From the human T2T-CHM13v2.0 reference genome, Homo sapiens: a stretch of 64,000 nucleotides of DNA. The stretch lies in the NCBI RefSeq assembly GCF_009914755.1, contig NC_060933.1, one strand, 5' to 3'. A program made the position numbers and the translations under genes. Shown here one piece after another: positions 18,885 through 37,479 of the stretch (position 1 is the first letter of the stretch; each line of letters starts with the position of its first letter). Below the pieces are notes generated by a model. That model saw nothing but the letters and a program-made list of their open reading frames with translations. It searched no databases and was not told where the DNA came from.

Positions 18885-19936
18885 GGTTGTTTTTGTATCT
18901 TGGCTACTGTGAGTAATGCTGCAGTGAATGTGGGAATGCCTGATTCAGCTCCCTGCTGGATGGTATGGTCTTGGGTTCATGAAATATTCTCTAAGATCAT
19001 TTTCTTTATCCAGGTCTCTGGATGAGGGATTATACTCCCCCACCCCCCAGTGCTATGCTTTATGACCTGCATTTCCTGAGCAAGAACATTTTGTGCAAAC
19101 CCTTGGCCTGAATCATTCAGGTTCAAGAACATTTGGGTTTTCTCTGAGGCAAGCTTCCCACAGCAGGCAACAGCTGGGCCTCTTCTTCCTTCTTCCTCCA
19201 TCTTCCCAGCCCCGGTCCCTTGGAATTGAGCAGTGACAGTGAGGAGTCCAGAGCTACCACACAGCTGCCATATGTCAGGCCTGGGAGTAAGGGCTTGGGG
19301 TCTGGTCCTTGTTCTTCAGCCTCTTATTCTCCCTGGGTCCTCAAGTGGGTCACTTGCCTCAATCCCAGACCTTTGAGTCAGCAGGTTAGAATGGATATGC
19401 AGTTCCATACATTAGGACTTCTTAAGGATATTTTATGAAAAATATACAGGTCCAGACCTCACTGTCAGAGATTCTGGGTCAGATAAATCCAAGACAAGTT
19501 GTGAATCACTGTTCTTGACCTGAGGCAACTGCACAGATAATTCTAGGTGTCTTCCATATGTGCTGTGTGGCACCATTCACCCACCTATTGGAGCGTGAGA
19601 GGATTTAAGCAAGTTTCCTCTTGCATGGAACTGTTGTCCAGGCCCACGGTTCTAAAAGTATGCCTATAGGTCTCCAATGGGCCATGAAGATCTGCCTGAA
19701 GGCCTCAGATGGAACCAAAAGTGAGCTCTTTCTTCACTGTTAGGAGGTTAATGACATCCATTTCCATCAAATGGTAATTGGTATATTTGCATGTGATTAA
19801 GAGCTGCTTGCTAATATCTACTATCTGGATTTAGGGTCCCCTGGAAACAAAGCCTAAGGCAAGGACTTAGATGAGATATTTCCTTGGGAGGTAACCCAGG
19901 GAGTAGAAGAGGGGGAAGGGAAAAGCCAATAAAGGA

Positions 19937-20327
19937 TGTCTTACTCCGTTTTGCATTGCTATAAAGGAATACCATAGGCTGGGAAACTTATAAAGAAAAG
20001 AAGTTTGTTTGGCTCACGGTTCTGCAGGCTGTACAAGAAGCATGGCACCAGCATCTCCTTCTGGTGAGGACCTCAGGAAGCCGTCACTCATGGCAGAAGG
20101 GAAAGTGGAGCCAGCATTATACAGCAAGAGACAAATGGAAGGGAAGGGAAGGGAAGGGAAGGGGAGAGGAGGGGAGGGACTTTTTAACAATCAGACCTCA
20201 TGGGAATGAATAGAGTGAGAACTCCCTCATTTCTGTGGAAATGGCACCAGGCACCATGCTGTTCATGAGGAATCTGCCCCCATGACTCAAAGAAACACCA
20301 CTCACCGGGCCTTACCTCCAATATTAA
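19937..20327 (-). mobile_element. MSTB-like MaLR LTR (truncated), with (GGAAG)n
   Basis: tgtcttactccgttttgcattgctataaaggaatac...ggctcacggttctgcaggctgtacaagaagcatgg. Confidence 0.8.
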
Positions 20328-20407
20328 GAGTATGTCATTGAATTGATCACTATTACGAGAAGCCGGAGCTCAATCCCTTTGGGGACCCTCTGTCAATCCA
20401 TGTTGTT

Positions 20408-20609
20408 CAGTGGCTCTTAACTGGAAGTGGTTTTTCTTTCCTCACAGCATTGGCAATGCGTGGGGGCATTTTTGGTTATCATAACTGGGAGATGCGACAG
20501 CATCCAGGGATACTGCTAAACATCCTACGATGCACAGGACAGCCGCCACCCCTACAACAAAAAAATTATCCAGCTCCAAATATCAATGTTTCCAAGGTTG
20601 AGAAAACTG
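20408..20609 (+). mobile_element. MER20 DNA transposon
   Basis: cagtggctcttaac...tgctaaacatcctacgatgcacaggacagcc...aaggttgagaaaactg. Confidence 0.8.
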
Positions 20610-21211
20610 TAGCCCATGCCTCAGAACTGTCTCTCTGAAGAACGATGAGCCTGGAGCATTTATCCATCAACTGCCATCCATCTCTGGGTCAGGCTTAACT
20701 CTGCAAATGTCACTATTTTCAAACTGCCAGGCTGCACTTGCATTAGGGCTTAGCAGACTTCCATGGTTTTGGAGAAATCCTTGAGGCAGAAGAGCAGAGG
20801 CATCATGACACACATAGGCAAGAACCTGTCCACATGTGTGAAACAGCCTAGTATGTGCTGAAATCAGGGCAATGCCCAGGGGCTGTGGCAAGGTATGATT
20901 TTCCCAGCTTAGTAATTATTCTAGGGCTGTAGAGAATATGGTGTAATTGCAGAAAAATTATGGACACAAAGTGTCATAATTTAATTCTAGACAGAGCCAA
21001 AGGCTGGAAATCCAGTATGGAACAAAGTGGCTCTATGGTGAAATTGTTAAAAACATGGTCTCTGGTACAAGCCCAAATCCTGTCTCCAACATTTGTTATA
21101 TTTGTGACTTTGAGCAAGTTAACTAACTTTTCTGTCTCTCAGCTTCCTCACCTAGACAATAAATTGGGGTTGATAATTGTTCCCACTTCATAAAGTTGTT
21201 GTGAGGACTAA

Positions 21212-21213
<2 letters not shown>

Positions 21214-21247
<34 letters not shown>
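21214..21247. repeat. (TG)17 microsatellite inside a MIR
   Basis: Perfect TG run. Confidence 0.95.
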
Positions 21248-21248
<1 letters not shown>

Positions 21249-21749
21249 ATGTGATTATATATACATTTGATGTCACACCAATAGTGTCTGAAATTTGGTG
21301 AGCACTGTTTAACTGGTTGACTGTTTACATCAACCCAGGGCTGGGATTCTGGACTTGGGAGCTATAACATCAGCCTATCTCGGCCTTTTTCCATTGGTAG
21401 TACACATTGGAGCTTAGTTAAATGGAAAAATTCATTGAGCTCCTATAGAAGCCAGCCGCTGGCTTTCCTCTTCTACTCTTTATCTATGAACTGCTTTCCT
21501 TCCTTTGATTTTATGAAGTGGAGGTGAAGAGGAAGGAGCATAGGACTTGGAGAAATGAATTGCAATTCCTGGCTATACTTTATCAACCACTGGTTGTGAT
21601 TTGGGAAACCACTTTGCTTTTGAATTCTCACGTTTATAAAGTGAATATAATCTAATCTTGCTTCACTGTGTTGCTATGAGAATTAAATAAAGTGATATAA
21701 GCAAAATATTATAAAAATTGATACATATGCTAAAAATTTTGTTTTAGTA

Positions 21750-21827
21750 TTAGGGTGTACAAAAGTAATTGTGGTTTTACCGTTACTTTCAGTGGCGAAA
21801 ACCACAATTAATTTTTCACCAACCTAA
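21750..21827. mobile_element. MADE1 (Hsmar1-derived MITE)
   Basis: ~78-bp palindrome ttagggtgtacaaaagtaattgtgg...ccacaattaatttttcaccaacctaa flanked by TA on both sides. Confidence 0.9.
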
Positions 21828-22396
21828 TAGAATGTCAGTGTTCTCAATTCTGTCTGGGCCTATGGAGTTTTAAAATATACAGTTTTTCGCATTCTAGTCC
21901 CAAGATCGTTGAGTGTACTTGGAAGGGGACCAAAAGGCATCATAATTTAAAAAAAATCTAGTCAATTTTGATGATCAGACAGATTTGAGAACCATTAAAC
22001 TATTCTGTGCTATGAAACAGGGATTATGCCTTATTCAACTTGGTATTCTCACTGGCTAACACAGTTTAGTATATAGTGTAATCAATGAGTGCTTTTTTAT
22101 TTTAAAATAAAAGGGCAAATCTCGTTACTTAGAAAAACAGAAGAAAGTTACAGCACTCCAGGAGTTGCTCCACTCTCCAAAACTGCGAAACTGCGAAGGT
22201 GTCTTGAACCACCTTTCTTACGTTGAATTGTTGGCTTGTCACTTAAGTACCTGAGCTAATTTATACCCACGAATATAATACTTGAGCAGTTTACACTACC
22301 TTATGCTCACAATCAGGATGAATGACAATCTTTGCCCTTTCTACTTCAAAGATGGCTGTGAAAATTAAGGAGACAATAGATAAGAAAATGATTCTC

Positions 22397-22698
22397 GCTG
22401 GGCGCGGTGGCTCACGCCTGTAATCCCAGCACTTTGGGAGGCCAAGGCAGGTGGATCACGAGGTCAGGAGATCGAGACTAGCCTGGCCAGCATGGTGAAA
22501 CCCCGTCTCTACAAAAAATACAAAAATTAGCTGAGCGTGGAGGCACATGCCTGTAATCCCAGCTACTTGGGAGGGAGGCAGGAGAATTGCTTGAACCCAG
22601 GAGGCGGAGGTTGCAGTGAGCCGAGATCACACCATTGCACTCCAGCCTGGGTGACAGGGCGAGACTCCGTCTCAAAAAAAAAAAAAAAAAAAAAAAAA
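22397..22698 (+). mobile_element. AluS (Sc/Sg-like)
   Basis: Full Alu with long A-tail; TSD aaa(a/g)tgatt(c/t)tc. Confidence 0.92.
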
Positions 22699-22813
22699 GT
22701 GATTTTCAGGCTACAGAATGCTATAAATATATAGGGAATTCATGTTATTAAAAAGGAATATACACTAAGTAAACTTGTAGTTCTCTAAGACTCAATTATA
22801 TTGTGACTGTTGA

Positions 22814-23192
<379 letters not shown>

Positions 23193-23704
23193 TAAAATAA
23201 AGAAACATGGGAAGTTGAAATTATAAGATCGGGCAGAGGCATACTGGCTAAGACAACCCAAGAGAATATAGAAAGATCACAGCGTTAATATCAGGAAAGT
23301 AAAATTCAAGGCAAAAGTTGTTGAATAGGTCAAAAAGAAATGCTGTATAATGATAGAATTTGTGACTCATAATGGAATATAACTGCCATGAATAGTTATG
23401 CACCAATGAACATAGCACAAAAATATTAGAAGTAAAATCTTCAGAAAATATAAGAAAAATTTGACAGAATCAATATTGTAGTGGAAACATTTATTACACC
23501 TTTTTGGAACTTTGGCAAATCCAGTGGATACCAAGATAAAGAGAAAGTGAACATAATTTAGAAGATATTTTTATAGAAATAAATTGAACCCTAAAAGTAG
23601 AGAATAAACTTTTGATAAAGTGCTCATGGGACAAAACTTTATCATATCTTAGGCCTAGCAATGCCCTAATAATTTTTCCAAAGAAAAAATACTACTGATG
23701 TGGG

Positions 23705-23821
23705 CCGTTCAATATTGTTGCCACAATTCACATCTGGCTATGGAGCACTTGAAATGTGGCTTGTGTGAATTGAGATGAGAGGTAAGTGTCAAATACACAA
23801 CATATTTCAAAAACTTGGTGC
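23705..23821 (+). mobile_element. MER3/MER33-type hAT fragment (left part only)
   Basis: cacatctggctatggagcacttgaaatgtggct...aagtgtcaaatacaca, ending at the L1 5' end. Confidence 0.65.
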
Positions 23822-23824
23822 AGA

Positions 23825-28645
<4,821 letters not shown>

Positions 28646-29384
28646 AATAAATATACTAAACCTGAGTAAACTAAAGTCTACCCAAGAAATCAGAAAAACA
28701 AAACGTATATTATTCTCAGAGGTCTTATAGTCAAGTTTAGGAAAGTAGTCTCCAGTATAAAATGGATTCCCAACTGTCTCAGTACCAAGCATCTACTGTG
28801 AGCCAAGCAGCAGGATTACCCTTATTATCATTAATCTTTCCAAATAAAATACAAAGTTGCATATTATTGCCTACTTACTCCCATTTTACAGATGGGAAAA
28901 CAGACACAGCAAGGTTAAGTGACTTGTTCAAGACCTTAAAACAAAATGAAAGATGTGTGATTAGAATTTTAGCTCTCATGCTCATGGGATTTCCAGTTCA
29001 TCACACTGGTGCCATAAAATATTCAGCTATAGGACTGAGTGTCCATGGGTTATATAATAGGAATGAAAGAATGGAAAAGCCTAAACAATTACATTTGACT
29101 TGATTTGATTGGCATCACTTGGTTTAGTTTTAGGAATGCTAGTCCCCTTCTTTATAAGACAAGGGAACAGCAATAGGTGATTGTTTAAGACCCTTTTTGG
29201 AAAGTAGCATTGAGAGGTGCTTTGGACAGGTTAGCTTTCCTGGTGTATGACAGTTGTTACTTGTTTCTGGTAGAAAAGGCCTCCTCCCATCATGGTACAT
29301 TTGCACTAATGTGCATAGGGCACTCTGGGCATATGTCCCATTAAGAGATCTCTGGAATTTGGGTTGTTTATCCAAGTAATACTC

Positions 29385-31722
29385 TGTATCAGTCCATTCT
29401 CATGCTGCTATAAATAACTACCTAAGACTGGGTAATTTATAAAGGAAAGAGGTTTAATTGACTCCTAGTTCTGCAGGGCTGGGGTGGGCTCAGAAAACTT
29501 ACAATCATGGTGGAAGGGGAAGCAAACATGTCCTTCTTCACATGGCTGCAGGATAGAAAAGTGAGTGCCCAGTGAAGGGGGAAGCCCCTTATGAAACTAC
29601 TAGATCTTGTGAGAACTCACTCACTGTCATGAGAACAGAATGGGGGAAACAACCCCGATGATTCAATTATTTCTACCTGGTCCCTCCCACGACACGTGGG
29701 GATGATGGAAACTATAATTCAAGATGAGATTTGGGTGGGGACACAGCCAAACTATATCATTCTACCTCTGACTCTTCCCAAATCCCATGTCCTCACAATT
29801 AAAAACACAATCATGCTCTTCCAACAGTCCCCCAAAGTCTTAACTCATTCTGGCATTAACTCAAAAGTCCAAGTCCAAAGTCTCATCTGAGACAATGCAA
29901 GTCCCTTCCACCTATGAGCCTGTAAAATCAAAAGCAAGTTAGTTACTTCCCAGATACAATGGGGGTACAGGCATTGAGTAAATACACACATTCCAAATGG
30001 GAGAAATTGGCCAAAAAAGGGAGCCACAGGCCCTATACAAGTCCAAAATCCAATAGGGCCATCACTAAACCTTAAAGTTCCAAAATGATCTCCTTTGACT
30101 TCATGTCTCACATCAAGGTTACGCTGATGCAAGAGGTAAGCTCCCATGGCCTTGGGCAGCTCCACCCCTGTGTCTTTGCAGGGTACAGCCCCCATCTCAG
30201 CTGCTTTCATAGGCTAGCATTGAGTATCTGTGGCTTTTCTAGGTATGTGTTGCAAGCTATCAGTGGATCTACCATTCTGGGGTCTTGAGGATGGTGGCCT
30301 TCTTCTTATAACTCCACCAAGCAGTGCCCCAGTGGGGACTCTGTGTAGGGGCTCTGACCCCATGTTTCCCTTTTACACTGCCCTAACAGAGGTTCGCCAT
30401 GAGGGCTCTGCCCCTGCATCAAAATTCTGTCTGGACATCCAAGTACTTCCATACATCCTCTGAAATCTAGGTGGAGGTTCCAAAAATCTCAATTCTTGAC
30501 TTCTGTGCTCCTGCAGGATCAACACCACATAGAAGCAGCCAAGGCTTGGGGCTTGCACCCTCTGAAGCCATGGTCTGAGCTGTACTGTGGCTCCTTTTGA
30601 CTATGGCTGCAGCGTCTAGGACACAGGGCATCACGTCCCTAGGCTGCACACAGGAGTGGGGCCCTGGGCCTGGCCCACAGAACCATTTTTTCCTCCTAAA
30701 CCTCTGGGTCTGTGAATGGTAGGGGTTGCCGTGAAGGCCTCTGACATGGCCAGGAGACATTTTCCCCATTGTCTTGGGGATTAACATTCGGCTCCTTGTT
30801 ACTTATGCAAATTTCTGTTGCAGGCTTGAATTTATCCCCAGAAAATGGGGTTTAGTTTTCTATTGCATTGTCAGGCTGCAAATTTTCCAAACTTTTATGC
30901 TCGGCTTCCTCTTGAATGCTTTGCTGCTTAAAACTTTCTTCTGCCAGATACCTGAAGTCATTTATCTCAAGATCAAAGTTTCACAGATTTTTAGGGCAGA
31001 GGCAAAATGCCAGCATCCTCTTTGTATAGCAAGAGTGACATTTACTCCAGTTCCCAACAAGTTCCTTATCTCTCTATGAGACCACCTCAGCCTGGACTTC
31101 ATTGTCTATATCATTATCAGCATTTTGGTCAAAGCCACTCAACAAGTCTCTAGGAGTCCCAAACTTTGCCACATCTTCCTGTCTTCTGAGCCCTCCAAGT
31201 CTCTAGGAAATTCCAAACTTTCTCACATTTTCCTGTCTTCTTCTGAGCCCTCCAAACTGTTCCACCCTCTACCTGGTACCCAGTTCCAAAGTCGCTTCTG
31301 CATTTTTGGGTATCTTTACAGCAGTGCCCCATTACCCAGTACCAATTTACTGTATTAGTTCATTCCTCATGCTGCTATAAAGAGCTGCCCCAGACTGGGT
31401 AATTTATAAAGGAAAGAGGTTTAATTGACTTACAGTTCTACAAGGCTAGGGAGACCTCAGGAAACTTACAATCATGGTGGAAGGGGAAGCAAACAAGTCC
31501 TTCTTCACATGGCAGCAGGAGAGAAAAGTGAGTGCCCACAGAAGGGGGAAGCCCCCTATAAGACCATCAGATCTTTTGAGAAGCAATTATCATGAGAACA
31601 GGGTGAGGAAAACTGCCCCCATGATTCAATTATCTCTATCTGGTCTCTCCCATGACACATGGGGATGATGGGAACTACAATTCAAGATCAGATTTGGGTG
31701 GGGACACCGCCAAACCATATCA
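29385..31722 (-). mobile_element. Complete THE1C/D MaLR element (LTR 29385-29759, internal 29760-31350, LTR 31351-31722)
   Basis: Two homologous TG...CA LTRs flanking THE1-int; 5-bp TSD tactc / tattc. Confidence 0.93.
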
Positions 31723-33029
31723 TATTCTAATACTGTCTTCACACTTGGACACATGGCAGCTAAAGCTTCATTAGCCGTGAAATGGACTTCACTAGAATTG
31801 ATTCTCTTTTTCTGCTAAAAGAAAGGGGAAAGCCATAAAAAGTCCAAAAAAATTTCAATTCATTAGAGAGCTCTGATCTGTTGAATTCATTTCAACACAC
31901 ATTTTTCAGGTTCCTAGTGTGTGCCAGCACCAGAAACAGAGCTATGATGAACAAGACAGAATACCAGCCCTGGGAGGGATCATACAGACTCCTAATCTGT
32001 CATTTTTCCAGTTGTAAGAATAGAGACCCTCCCAGTCAACTCAGGAGATAATCAACATTAGAGTGTTGTTTGGGTAGACAACTGATATACCAAGGAACTC
32101 AGAATATCCTTCAGCCTGCTGTAAAGATAAACATAGCAATAAGGAGGAATAGAATATCAAACAAATATACCTCAAAAGACTAGATCATATGGGGTCACTG
32201 GAAGCTTCAAGGCCTTTCCAGAACACTACATGAGTACTGCAACTGTCTCAGCTACCAGCAACAATTTCTCTTTAAGGCTCAGATACTAAGTCAAACACTT
32301 TTCAATTCTAATAATTTTCTCTATTTTTCATATTGTCTACTCCTCCTTGGCTGTTATTTTAGCTTTCTTTACTCATGTGCATTGGTTTCTGGCTCTCTTA
32401 CTGATTTCTTAGCCCTTTGTTTCTGGATTTTAAATGATCGTAGGATACCCTAATTTGTCCACTTCAATGATTCATTTAACTAATATTTAAAGTCCTCCTC
32501 TTAAGTGTCAATGTTGAGCTAGGTTCTGGGGATTCCAGATATAGTGAGAGAGTTGTGGGTCCTAGAGTATGTAAGAGAGAATAGAGAAGAGAGGAGAAGA
32601 GAGAGAGAGGAAGAGAAAGCAAGACCAACCAATAAACCAACATAATCCAATTTTTTATTTTAAGATGATTCTTCTTGGTGTGTCAAAAATACACCAGGGG
32701 TGAGGGAGGAGGCAGCAAGAAAGAGATAAGAACAGGTGGGAGCCTATTCCAGCAATACAGGTGAGAATGATGGTGTGGATTACAGTGTTAGCAGTAGAGA
32801 TGATTCAAGAGAGGAAAAATGAGACAGCATATTAGGTAGTACAAGCCACTTACTGGTTGCCTAGATGCTGGATATTAGTGAAAGGGAGATTTCTGGTTTG
32901 ATCAACTGAATCGATGGTGATAAAAGTTACTGCAGAAACCCAGAAGAACCGAGGTAAGTGGGGGAAGATGTTAAAATAATGAGTTTTGGGCATTTAAAAT
33001 TGGCAATATCAGAAAAAAATGTTAAATAG

Positions 33030-33357
33030 TTTTTTTTTGACAGAGTCTTGCTCTGTTGCCCAGGCTGGAGTGCAGCGCTGCAAACTTGGCTCACTGCAAC
33101 CTCTGCCCGCTGGGTCCAAGCAATCCTCATGACTTTTCCTCCTGAGTAACTGGGACTACAGGTGCACACCAACATATCTGGTTAATTTTTGTATTTTTGG
33201 TAGAGACAGGGTTTCACTATGTTGGCTTTGTATTTTTGGTAGAGACAGGGTTTCACTATGTTGGCTAGGCTGGTCTCGAACTCCTCACCTCAAGTGGTCC
33301 TCCCACCTCAGCCTCCCAAAGTGCTGGGATTACAGGCACAAGCCACTGTACCCTGCC
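33030..33357 (-). mobile_element. Alu (S/J) with internal 39-bp tandem duplication
   Basis: Antisense Alu; TSD aaa(a/g)tgttaaatagtt. Confidence 0.92.
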
Positions 33358-33434
33358 AGAAAGTGTTAAATAGTTGAATTAGGAAGATTGGAGCTCAGAG
33401 GAGTTATCTGGACTGGAGATGTAAGTTTGGCAGT

Positions 33435-33813
33435 TGATATGGTTAGGCTATGTGTCCCTTGCCAAATCTCATCTTGAATTGTAGTTCCCATAGTCCCTAT
33501 ATGTCATGGGAGGGACCTGGTGGGAGCTAATTGAATCATGGGGGTGTTTACCCCCACACTGCTGTTCTCATGATAGTGTGTTAATTCTCACCAGACTTGG
33601 TGGTTTTATAAGGGGCTTTCCCCCCTTTTGCTCATTCTTCTCTTCCCGCTGCCATGTGAAGAAAGATGTGTTTGCTTTCCCTTCCACCATAGTTGTAAGT
33701 TTCCTGAGGCCTCCCCAGCCATGCTGAACTGCAAGTCAATCAAATGTCTGTCCTTTATAAATTACCCAGTCACAGATATGTCTTTATTAGCAGTGTGATA
33801 ATGGACTAATGCA
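33435..33813 (+). mobile_element. THE1C-like solo LTR
   Basis: tgatatggttaggct...ggactaatgca with perfect TSD gcagt (33430-33434, 33814-33818). Confidence 0.92.
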
Positions 33814-36249
33814 GCAGTTACAGCCGATAGATGGCACTGGAAGCCATGATCATAGAAGAGATAATGGAAGAAAAAATCCTCCCAAGAACGCTAAGTTCAG
33901 GTAGATGAGGAGGAAATGGCCAGGTAACTAAGAAAGGTGTCCTAGCGAGGTGGTATATGCAAGCCCAGAGAAAAGCATGTGCTAGGCACTGTGACAGACA
34001 CTGGGAGGCTGAGTAAAACAAAGACCAAGTGATGTCCATTGGATTTGAAAACATGAGGTTTGTTGATGGATGATTGTAACAAGATCAGTTTCCACTGGGT
34101 GTGGAGGTGGAAGGCAGAGCAGAGAGCATCATTGAGAATAAAAGGATGATGCTGAAGTTCTCTTCTGTGTTATGCTTCTAGTTTTATTCTGCTGCGCCCA
34201 CCATAGTGGCAACCTCTGTTGTGCATTTTGTGTGTGTCTTTTTAAAATTTATCAAAAAATACACAGGTAAATATCCAATTCCTTCTCTATTTTTTAATTT
34301 TCTAGAATAACATAGTAAGTAAAAGAGGAATAAGGTGAAGTGAGAATTTACACATATTGTGTAGATATATTTCTTGGTGAGTTTGGCTGTGAGTAAGGGA
34401 TAGAGAGATGGTACAGAAACTGGAGGGGTGAAGATTTGCCTTTTCAAAAAGGTAGGCAGTAGAGCATGTTTGCTTGCTGATGGGAGTGGTTTTGTAGGGA
34501 GAAAGGAAGGACTGACTCTATTCCAGGAGAGAACATAACTAAGGAGGTACAGTCTTTTAGAAGGCAGGGATGAATTCATGGGATGGAATTCAGCGCCCAA
34601 GAGGAGAGTTGGCCTTCATTAGGCCTGGGGACACATCCTCCACCATAACAGGTTAAAAAGAAGAGAAGGTGAGTACAGATATTGTAAGCTTGAGCATGGG
34701 TGGTGAGAAGCTCAGAGTTTGCTTCTGGTGAATTCTGTTTTTTTCTTAAGTATGAGGAAAGAAATGATATATGTAGGAGGAGATGTGGGAGAGAGAAGTT
34801 ATTCACCTTGGGGAGTGGGAAGGTGATCCTGTCAGAGAAAGATGATCAGCTCTCTGTGCAGTGGTAAAGCCCTACTAATTCTTGGGATCACCACATTAAC
34901 AAGAAACCCATCATCTCAGTTGTGCAATTGTTTCCTCTAGCAACATACAGCTGCTTGGGGTCAGCCTCAAGGAGGAAGATGTCTGGTGTTTGCAGGAAAG
35001 TATGATGAAGGAGGATATGAGTGAATGAGTTGGTAGGATTTGCCAGGAAGTAACTGAAATGATTATTCATGAAATCTAGGATGAACAAGAGGGAAGAGAA
35101 GTCAGGAGAGCCATGAGAAAATTGTGGGGACAGGAGGATGACGTCAAAGATTTGTGGTGGGAGTGGTGGGGCTGTTCTGCAGCATGTGATCTGGACTGAT
35201 GGAAGGTGGTGGTCAGGGAGTGGGATGTTTAAGCTGACATTTCACAGGTGATATTGTTTCTGCTGATGAGAAGATTCAAGCTGTGACTGTCGGAGTGGGC
35301 AGATGAGATAGAGTGGAGGAAAAGGTGGAATGGGAATGGCAACACCAGGGTGCTGGATGTTGAGACCAGTGATGATAATGACAGGAGTTGGGGTGGACAG
35401 AAAACTGAGCCAAGAGTTCAGGTTGTCAGGATTAGGGGTTGTGGTCGGGATGTCAGTAGTTTATAGCAACAATGAGAGGCTGTGAGTTTGCAAGAGCTTG
35501 AGTGTTTTATAAGAGCAAGGGGGAGAGATAGTATATACGGAAGAAGAAATGCAGAGCACAGACAGCTACCCCATCTCAAGACTATGAGGTTGTGAGTTAT
35601 GAGAAAACAAACAACCTTCCTTTTGAGAGGGCTACAGGAGAAATGCTGTCTCAGAGAACAGCCAGATTTCAACTAAGGCAAAATATGTAAAAAGAACTTA
35701 CTAAGAAAAGGGTGGAAATTTAGGGTGTTTGCTGATCCCAGAGCAGGCATCCAGAGGGTTACAGTGAGAGGATTTGTGGGGCAGGAGTTGGGTTAGGTTA
35801 GAGTTAGGTTAGAGAATGTTACAAAGCACCATGAAGATGTGAGTCCCCTTACTCAATGTTTTCACTGTAGAACCAAGCTTACAAACTAGACTAACTCATG
35901 GGTAACTGGCCATTCTGTAGGATTGGTTAGGAGTAATCTGTTTCTGGTCAAATTCTCTAAAAGTCAGGCCGTGATGATGTGAATATAGAGTGTGGCTTTC
36001 TATGCTTAGGAAGTTACCCAGAACTATTTCCCTCAGCAAGGGTTGTGGACAGGGCAGGTACTCCTAGGGCAAATGAATTCCTGTGCAAAATGTAACCAGT
36101 TCCAACCCCTTTTCAAAGCAGAATTTTTCTCTATGGCATGGTCAGTATCTTGTGTTTAAACATATTTAATTAATGTGACATTATTAGTAGAGTCTAGTTC
36201 ATATTAGTGTTGGCAATTATCAGCATAAATGTATTATTATGTTATCTTA

Positions 36250-36640
36250 AAAAGGCCATATAAAATGTCAATAAAACACCATTTCTCCCTTTAGATTAGC
36301 AAAAGTAATAAAGATTGGTAGCATCCATTGCTGGTGAAGGTGTGGGAAATGGATTCCACTATATACTACTGGATGGGTACTGAATTGTTTCAAAATTGTG
36401 GAGAATAATTTGTGACATCTGTTACAATTTCAAATGCCCATATCCACTGACACTGAATTCCACTTTGAGAAATCTAATCTACAAAAAATTCTCATTGTAT
36501 TTTAGGTGCATAAAGTTATATTTTGGGGAATGCTGATTGTAGTACTGTCGAAATAGCAAAAAATTGAGAATAGCCTGCTTGTCTATCAATGGAGGAATGG
36601 TTTTAGAATTATGTCTTTTTACCAAGAAATGCTAGACAGC
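36250..36640 (+). mobile_element. Ancient L1ME fragment
   Basis: ttagattagcaaaa, tgctggtgaaggtgtggg, aattccactttgagaaatcta. Confidence 0.6.
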
Positions 36641-36811
36641 CAAGAATTTGATGCACGACAATTATGGTAAAAAAATTTGCTTGTTCTACAGAAGATCATT
36701 AATGTTTTGTGACTATATAAGCTGTAACAGTGGATTGTTTTCATGTGTAGGTGCTATTGTTAAATACAGGGACTGTTTCCAGGTACAGAATATGAATCAT
36801 AAGTTTGGGTG

Positions 36812-37158
<347 letters not shown>

Positions 37159-37479
37159 CTAGAGCTACAGATGCATGGTAAGAAATTAGGACAAACTGGA
37201 GATGGGCCATGGACTCTGCCTAGGAGTGTTAGGAAAATACTTTGACTCCAAGCCTTAAAATACTCACATGGAGTTGGCGCTCACCTCATTCACACAATCA
37301 TAGAGCTCCCTGGACACTGAACCTCTAAAGGGAAAAGGTCTACCTTGGAGCAGGAGCATCAGGGTTTGCTTGGGAGCATGAGAGTCGAGCTCAGGGCTAG
37401 GCCTGGGCCAGGCCCCGGCAGCACTGCTACTTGGGAGGAGCCACTTCACTTTCGTATTAGTTATTAAAAATAGAATTTA

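Larger units (their letters stand above)
19820..20895 (-). mobile_element. LTR16-type ERVL LTR split by an MST LTR and a MER20
   Basis: aaagcctaaggcaaggact, gggaaaagccaataaagg, ggagctcaatccc, gcctcagaactgtc, catttatccatcaact are collinear across the two inserts. Confidence 0.55.
32660..35830 (-). mobile_element. Long decayed L2 LINE, interrupted by an Alu and a THE1 LTR
   Basis: Purine-rich antisense L2 text (gagttttgggcatttaaaatt, gggctggagat-like, ccattggatttgaaaacatgagg). Confidence 0.55.

Noticed and set aside
29696-31668. ORFs within THE1
   Set aside because: Short fragments in several frames; no intact MaLR ORF.
34196-34212. ccaccatagtggca as a CTCF site
   Set aside because: Requires a gap in the core motif.
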